Below, one piece after another: positions 17,267-21,701 of a stretch of DNA of 21,701 bases. The first letter of the stretch is position 1. Every line of letters begins with the position of its first letter. The position numbers and the translations under genes were made by a program. Origin of the DNA: a virus (taxonomy: Duplodnaviria; Heunggongvirae; Uroviricota; Caudoviricetes); the IMG/VR virus record IMGVR_UViG_2671180921_000015, positions 1 through 21,701 of that record; one strand, given 5' to 3'. Below the pieces are notes generated by a model. That model saw nothing but the letters and a program-made list of their open reading frames with translations, was not told the origin of the DNA and searched no databases.

Positions 17267-18421
17267 ATGCCGTTTGAACGCCCCGGATTAAGTGAGCTGC
17301 GGGAGAAAAGCCGGTCGTATGTGACCGGTCAGCTGGATGAGGCGGGGGCTTTGCTGCGGTTTTCCACGCCGGGGATTCTGGCGGATGCCGTGGCGGGCAT
17401 GACACATCTGCATTACGGCTATCTTGACTGGATAGCGCAGCAGTGCACACCGGCCACGGCCACCGGGGAATATCTGGCGGCGTGGGGCGCGCTGAAGGGT
17501 ATCATCCGCAAGGCCGCAGAGGCCGCGGCCTGTGACGAGGTGCAGTTCACGGGAACCGTCGGCAGCACCGTGAGTGCGGGGGCGGTACTGAACCGTGCGG
17601 ACGGGTATCAGTACACGCTGGATGAGGATGTGAGCATTGACAGTGACGGCAGCGGTTCAGGGAGTATTACCGCCGTGCTGCCGGACCCGACGGATGACAG
17701 CAGCGGCGGTGGCGACGACGGTAACGCGGATGCCGGTACGACACTGACACCGGATGTCACCTGGTCCGGTATTGACTCAACGGTGACGATGGTGACGGCT
17801 GCCACCGGCGGCAGTGACACTGAGGAAGAGGAGACGTACCGTCAGCGTGTGCTGTATGCGTACCAGAACCCGCCTCAGGGCGGTGCGGCGGCGGACTATG
17901 TGCAGTGGGCACTGGAGGTTCCCGGCGTGACCCGGGCGTGGTGCGTGAACCGTGCGCTGGGGTTCGGAACGGTGGGTGTCTACATCATGACGGACGGTGA
18001 CGACGAGGACAACGCCGGGGGCTTTCCTGACGGCACGGACGGCGTGGCAACGGATGAGGACTGGACAGACCGGAAAGCCACGGGGGTACAGTTCACGGTG
18101 GCGGACTATATCCGCGATTACCAGCCGGTCACGGCGGTGGTGTATGTGATGTCGCCGGTGGCCAGAAGCATTGATTTTGAAATACAGGGGCTGAGTGATG
18201 CCACGGCGGCACTGAGGGCACAGGTGGAGAGCGCCATCAGCGAGGTGCTGTACAACGTGGATGAACTGGACGGCAGCGGGGTGATTAATCTTTCTGACCT
18301 GTATTACGCCATTGCGGACATTGAGGGGACAGACGGCTTCATTCTGGTGTCTCCTGACAGCAACATCACGCTGTCGCAGGGAGAGCTGCCGGTCACCGGA
18401 AGTATCACATGGGCAACATGA
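17267..18421 (+). CDS. Baseplate J-like protein (Mu gp47-like)
   Basis: About 384 aa from ATG 17267, preceded by GGGAGG (17255-17260). Size and position match baseplate J. Contains an acidic Gly/Asp-rich insertion (DDSSGGGDDGNADAG). Confidence 0.75.
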   Translation: MPFERPGLSELREKSRSYVTGQLDEAGALLRFSTPGILADAVAGMTHLHYGYLDWIAQQCTPATATGEYLAAWGALKGIIRKAAEAAACDEVQFTGTVGSTVSAGAVLNRADGYQYTLDEDVSIDSDGSGSGSITAVLPDPTDDSSGGGDDGNADAGTTLTPDVTWSGIDSTVTMVTAATGGSDTEEEETYRQRVLYAYQNPPQGGAAADYVQWALEVPGVTRAWCVNRALGFGTVGVYIMTDGDDEDNAGGFPDGTDGVATDEDWTDRKATGVQFTVADYIRDYQPVTAVVYVMSPVARSIDFEIQGLSDATAALRAQVESAISEVLYNVDELDGSGVINLSDLYYAIADIEGTDGFILVSPDSNITLSQGELPVTGSITWAT

Positions 18422-18429
18422 GGAAAATC

Positions 18430-19599
18430 ATGAGTCGTTTTTCACATGATGACTACACGTGCGCGATGGTGAATCTTCTGCCATCGGGGATGGCGTGGAA
18501 CCGGCTGCCTGACAGCGTGCAGTACAGGCTGATACGCGGGCTGGCGCAGGCGTATCAGCAGAGTGACGCTGATGCGTGTGCACTGATAACAGGGGCCTTC
18601 CCGGAAACGGCGGATGCGCTCACTGATGAGTGGTATGCCTCGCTGGGGCTGAATGATGAATGCGGAACGCAGGTATCCACCACAGACCTGGCGCAGGCCA
18701 GAAAATTCATTCTGGCGAAACTGCTGTCGACGGGCGGGCAGAGCGTGGCGTATTTCACGGAGCTGGCGGCGACGATGGGCTACAGCATCCGTATCCGTGA
18801 GTACCGCACACCGCTGTGCGGGTTTTCGTGGTGCGGGCACCTGCTGAGTGATGACAACCGGTTCAACTGGACCGTGGTGGTGGCCCCGCCGGGGGATGAC
18901 GTGACCACCTCACGGGCGTACCTGGAATGCCTGTTTCGTCGTTATGCCCCGGCACAGACGCTGGTGACGTTTGAGTGGCAGTCGTCATACAGCGCCGTCC
19001 TGAGTATGGCGTGGGACAACAGCACGCGCCTTCTTTCTGGTGCACTGATGGCGGATGAGGGTGTGGTGGTGTCGGGCGTGACTGTGAATGTCGTCATCAA
19101 ATCCATGTCGGGACAGCGGTATGTGGCGACGGTGTCCACAGACAGTGACGGGGGCTGGTCGTTTGAAGCGGATGATGAAACCTTCACAAATGGCAGTTAC
19201 ACGGTTTATGCGCAGGCGGACGTGGATATGCCGGATGATGTCACGGTGCCTGTACGAAGCGCGTTACTGAATGTACGGGTACAGACACAGGGTGAGGGGG
19301 ACAACGGTGATGATGAGCCGGCATCTGACGACACGACGCAGGAGCCGCTGGTCATTAACAGGGTGATGCTTCAGTCGGGGCGCACGACGCAGGAGCCGCT
19401 TGTCATTAACAGGGTGATGCTTCAGTCGGGGCGCATGACGCAGGAGCCGCTTGTCATTAACAGGGTGATGCTTCAGTCGGGGCGCATGACGCAGGAGCCG
19501 CTTGTCATTAACAGTGCGATGCTTCAGTCGGGATATCTGACGCAGGAGCCAGTGGTCATTAACAGGCTCTGGCTGAATTTTGCCGTCACTAATGAGTGA
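18430..19599 (+). CDS. Baseplate/tail protein, Mu gp48 / YmfQ (DUF2313)-like, with C-terminal Ig-like domain and 17-aa tandem repeats
   Basis: N-terminal roughly 190 aa sits in the gp48 position after the J-like gene. Start is ATG 18430 (GAGGA at 18420-18424), with 18409 or 18418 as alternatives. C-terminal extension holds a beta-rich Ig-like segment (GVTVNVVIKSMSGQRYVATVSTDSDGGWSFEADDETFTNGSYTVYAQA) and then 4.7 copies of TQEPLVINRVMLQSGRM. Confidence 0.7.
   Translation: MSRFSHDDYTCAMVNLLPSGMAWNRLPDSVQYRLIRGLAQAYQQSDADACALITGAFPETADALTDEWYASLGLNDECGTQVSTTDLAQARKFILAKLLSTGGQSVAYFTELAATMGYSIRIREYRTPLCGFSWCGHLLSDDNRFNWTVVVAPPGDDVTTSRAYLECLFRRYAPAQTLVTFEWQSSYSAVLSMAWDNSTRLLSGALMADEGVVVSGVTVNVVIKSMSGQRYVATVSTDSDGGWSFEADDETFTNGSYTVYAQADVDMPDDVTVPVRSALLNVRVQTQGEGDNGDDEPASDDTTQEPLVINRVMLQSGRTTQEPLVINRVMLQSGRMTQEPLVINRVMLQSGRMTQEPLVINSAMLQSGYLTQEPVVINRLWLNFAVTNE
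19336..19575 (+). repeat. 51-bp direct tandem repeat (about 4.7 copies) in the 3' end of the gp48-like gene
   Basis: acgcaggagccgct(g/t)gtcattaacagggtgatgcttcagtcggggcgca(c/t)g repeated head-to-tail from 19336; copies 2 and 3 are nearly identical, copies 4 and 5 diverged. In frame, encoding 17-aa units. Confidence 0.85.
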
Positions 19600-20686
19600 C
19601 AACAACGAAAGGAGACTGTTTTTGAACTCAATCATACTTGAAGGATTCCGGCAGATAGCGGCGGATGAGGCGCTGTGCGACAGCTACACTTCACTCAACA
19701 TTCTTTCCGCACTGAACAAAAACGGCGTCACACTTATCACCGAAATGTCAGGTTCGGTGAGTTCTGTGTGCCGCACCACGCAGACCATCAATACGGTGGC
19801 GCGTACCGGGCTGGCATTCACGACATCATCAAACCTCATGCTCAGGTGTCTGCTGCCTGATTTGAGTGAGACGGCGGTGCAGTTCGGGTTTCGCCTGTCA
19901 CTGGGGGAGGGAGAGAAGTATTCCTCTTCTCCGTCTCACATCGGGATTGGCAGCGCATCGTTCACCACCCCGTATCCGGATGAAGCCGCCAGCTACTATT
20001 TTGAGATTTTTGCTGCCTGGAACGGCAGCAGCACGGTCAGTGCCAGTCTGTACTGTAACCGCGCGCTGGTCGGGAGCACGACTCTCGGTGTGTCATCGTC
20101 AGGAACAGGGGCGGTGAGTGTCCGGATTGGCGGTGGCAACAATGTATTTGCATCAGGTGTGAGCGGCATTTTCATGCCGGGTGATATGTACTGCATGACG
20201 GTGCCGTATGGTGATAACTATGATGCCTCACCATCACTGCTGGGGAGTATTGAGGTCGGCTACAGTCCGGTAACGGCATTCACCGGGGGGAGTGCCACAA
20301 ACTCGCTGAGTAAAGATATTGTCACCGGGCTGAACGCATCTGATGACGACAGCGGGTATCTGATACTGAACAGTTCAGGTGAAGCCGCCGGGGTCACGTT
20401 TGAGGATATTGATAACACCGGGGGAACCCTGGTTGCGGTGCAGGCAGCGGTCACCCTGCGGGAGTCAGCTTCGCCGAATAATCTTCTTGCATGGAGTGTG
20501 GGGTGCGGAAGCAGCAGGGGCGATGTGATATCAGAAACGGAGGCAGTAAGCGACACAAACAGCTGGACGACGGTGACGCAGGGGGTCATGAGCATGCCCG
20601 GAGATGGCGGTGCGTTTGAAACAGGCGCACTGACCTTCACGGCGAATCTGTATAACCGGAAGAAAAGTGAACAGGAGACGGCCTGA
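19592..20686 (+). CDS. Hypothetical protein between baseplate and tail fiber genes (possible receptor-binding or fiber-associated protein)
   Basis: 364 aa from ATG 19592, overlapping the gp48-like stop (ATGAGTGA); its own stop overlaps the fiber start (TGATG). Ser/Gly/Thr-rich, beta-type composition. I recognise no family. Confidence 0.6.
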   Translation: MSDNNERRLFLNSIILEGFRQIAADEALCDSYTSLNILSALNKNGVTLITEMSGSVSSVCRTTQTINTVARTGLAFTTSSNLMLRCLLPDLSETAVQFGFRLSLGEGEKYSSSPSHIGIGSASFTTPYPDEAASYYFEIFAAWNGSSTVSASLYCNRALVGSTTLGVSSSGTGAVSVRIGGGNNVFASGVSGIFMPGDMYCMTVPYGDNYDASPSLLGSIEVGYSPVTAFTGGSATNSLSKDIVTGLNASDDDSGYLILNSSGEAAGVTFEDIDNTGGTLVAVQAAVTLRESASPNNLLAWSVGCGSSRGDVISETEAVSDTNSWTTVTQGVMSMPGDGGAFETGALTFTANLYNRKKSEQETA

Positions 20687-21477
20687 TGAGAAAAATATCG
20701 GACATCACATCATATGTGGATGAGAATGACGAGTTCACGGACGGTGAGCCAGCCACAGGCGTGAAGCCGACGCCGTTGCTTGCTCTCTGGTTCAACGTCA
20801 TACAGCGGGAGCTGGTGAAGGTGGTGGAGAGTGCGGGGCTGACACTGGACCCGACAGATGACACACAGCTATGGCAGGCGCTGTCGGGCTATTTTGCCTC
20901 ACAGGAGAATGTGAACACCACAATCAGCGCGCTGGGCACGATGGCTTCCCAGAACAGTGATGCGGTGGATATCACCGGCGGCGCGATAACAGGCACCTCC
21001 CTCACCGGTGACCTGACGGGCAATGCGGACACGGCCACAAAACTGAAAACGGGGCGGAAAATCCGGACAAATCTTGACAGCACGAGTGCTGTCAGTTTTG
21101 ACGGCAGTGCGAATGTCACGCCGGGCGTGACCGGCACATTGCCGGTGAGCAATGGCGGTACGGGGGCCACGACGGCATCAGACGCCAGAACAAATCTGGA
21201 GCTGGGAGATGTGGCAACCCAGAGTCTGAGTACGCTCGATGCCCGTTACCTGCTGACGACAGGAGGTGTGTCGGCGGTAAGGCTGGGGAGTGTCAGTTCA
21301 TATAGCCCTCCCGGCAACGAGTCGTCGTGGACGCAGAATCTTTCCTCCGGCAATGTGCTCACAGGGATTATCGTTCAGGATACAGGGTCCAATTCTGCGG
21401 ATAACATTGGCGGAATTTATTACAGGCAGGTTCAGTACTGCATAAACGGCACATGGATAAATGCGGTATCACTGTAA
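20686..21477 (+). CDS. Tail fiber protein (short; Mu S / P2 H-type C-terminus)
   Basis: 263 aa with RBS AGGAG (20673-20677). Contains the fiber-type motif LPVSNGGTGATTASDARTNLELG and ends YRQVQYCINGTWINAVSL, resembling the P2 H C-terminus (RPIQKYINGTWYNVAQV) as I recall it. Followed by a tail fiber assembly gene. Confidence 0.75.
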   Translation: MRKISDITSYVDENDEFTDGEPATGVKPTPLLALWFNVIQRELVKVVESAGLTLDPTDDTQLWQALSGYFASQENVNTTISALGTMASQNSDAVDITGGAITGTSLTGDLTGNADTATKLKTGRKIRTNLDSTSAVSFDGSANVTPGVTGTLPVSNGGTGATTASDARTNLELGDVATQSLSTLDARYLLTTGGVSAVRLGSVSSYSPPGNESSWTQNLSSGNVLTGIIVQDTGSNSADNIGGIYYRQVQYCINGTWINAVSL

Positions 21478-21489
21478 AGGAGAGTGTTA

Positions 21490-21701
21490 ATGATAAACAT
21501 CAAAAATTTCACGCCATACATCCCGGAAAACCCGCCCGTGCCGTGGGCGTCATATCTCATCAGCGAGGATGGTCAGGACTGGTATGAATGCCAGACGCAG
21601 TTTGCAGAGGATACATACAAAGTTGCGTACGGCAGTGACGGTATCGTGCGCAGCATTTCGACCGATGTGTCGGCACTTTTTCCGCTCAACATGAGTGTTG
21701 C
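21490..21701 (+). CDS. Tail fiber assembly chaperone (Tfa / Mu U / P2 G family), 3'-truncated by the window end
   Basis: ATG 21490 preceded by AAGGAG (21477-21482). N-terminus MINIKNFTPYIPENPPVPWASYLISEDGQDWYECQTQFAEDTYKVAYGSDGIVRSI matches the Tfa N-terminal pattern. The ORF runs off the end of the window. Confidence 0.8.
   Translation, partial: MINIKNFTPYIPENPPVPWASYLISEDGQDWYECQTQFAEDTYKVAYGSDGIVRSISTDVSALFPLNMSV

Noticed and set aside
19264-19635. Reverse-strand ORF (123 aa) with HHPVNDKRLLR repeats
   Set aside because: Artefact of the 51-bp tandem repeat in the gp48-like gene read on the opposite strand.
20686-21500. Gin/Pin-type invertase crossover site within or after the tail fiber gene
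   Set aside because: Reading the region by eye I found no 26-bp dyad resembling gix/hix; only a weak partial match (TTACAGG near 21425). Not enough to call.

Overview
This 21.7 kb window reads as one contiguous, + strand, translationally coupled bacteriophage or prophage morphogenesis block from an enterobacterial-type genome. In order it contains: the right-end gene of the phage and a lambda-like cos site (about 503-585) followed by a dense array of ATGTCCCA repeats (582-773); a lambda-like packaging and head module (Nu1-like small terminase, gpA-like large terminase, gpW, gpB-like portal, S49 gpC-like protease, acidic Nu3-like scaffold, decoration protein, gpE-like major capsid); neck proteins; and a Mu-like contractile tail module (sheath, tube, frameshifted chaperone, tape measure with a lytic transglycosylase domain, Mu N/P/gp45/gp46/gp47/gp48 baseplate homologues, a short tail fiber and the start of a tail fiber assembly chaperone). 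That lambda-head plus Mu-tail mosaic is the known SfV/e14-like arrangement. All family assignments come from reading the translated ORFs against remembered family signatures; no database search was run. I see no CRISPR array, tRNA or rRNA gene, IS element, integrase, or recognisable defence or toxin system. The least explained parts are the cosB-like repeat array, a gp48-like baseplate protein with an Ig-like extension and 51-bp tandem repeats, and an unassigned 364-aa protein wedged between the baseplate and fiber genes.
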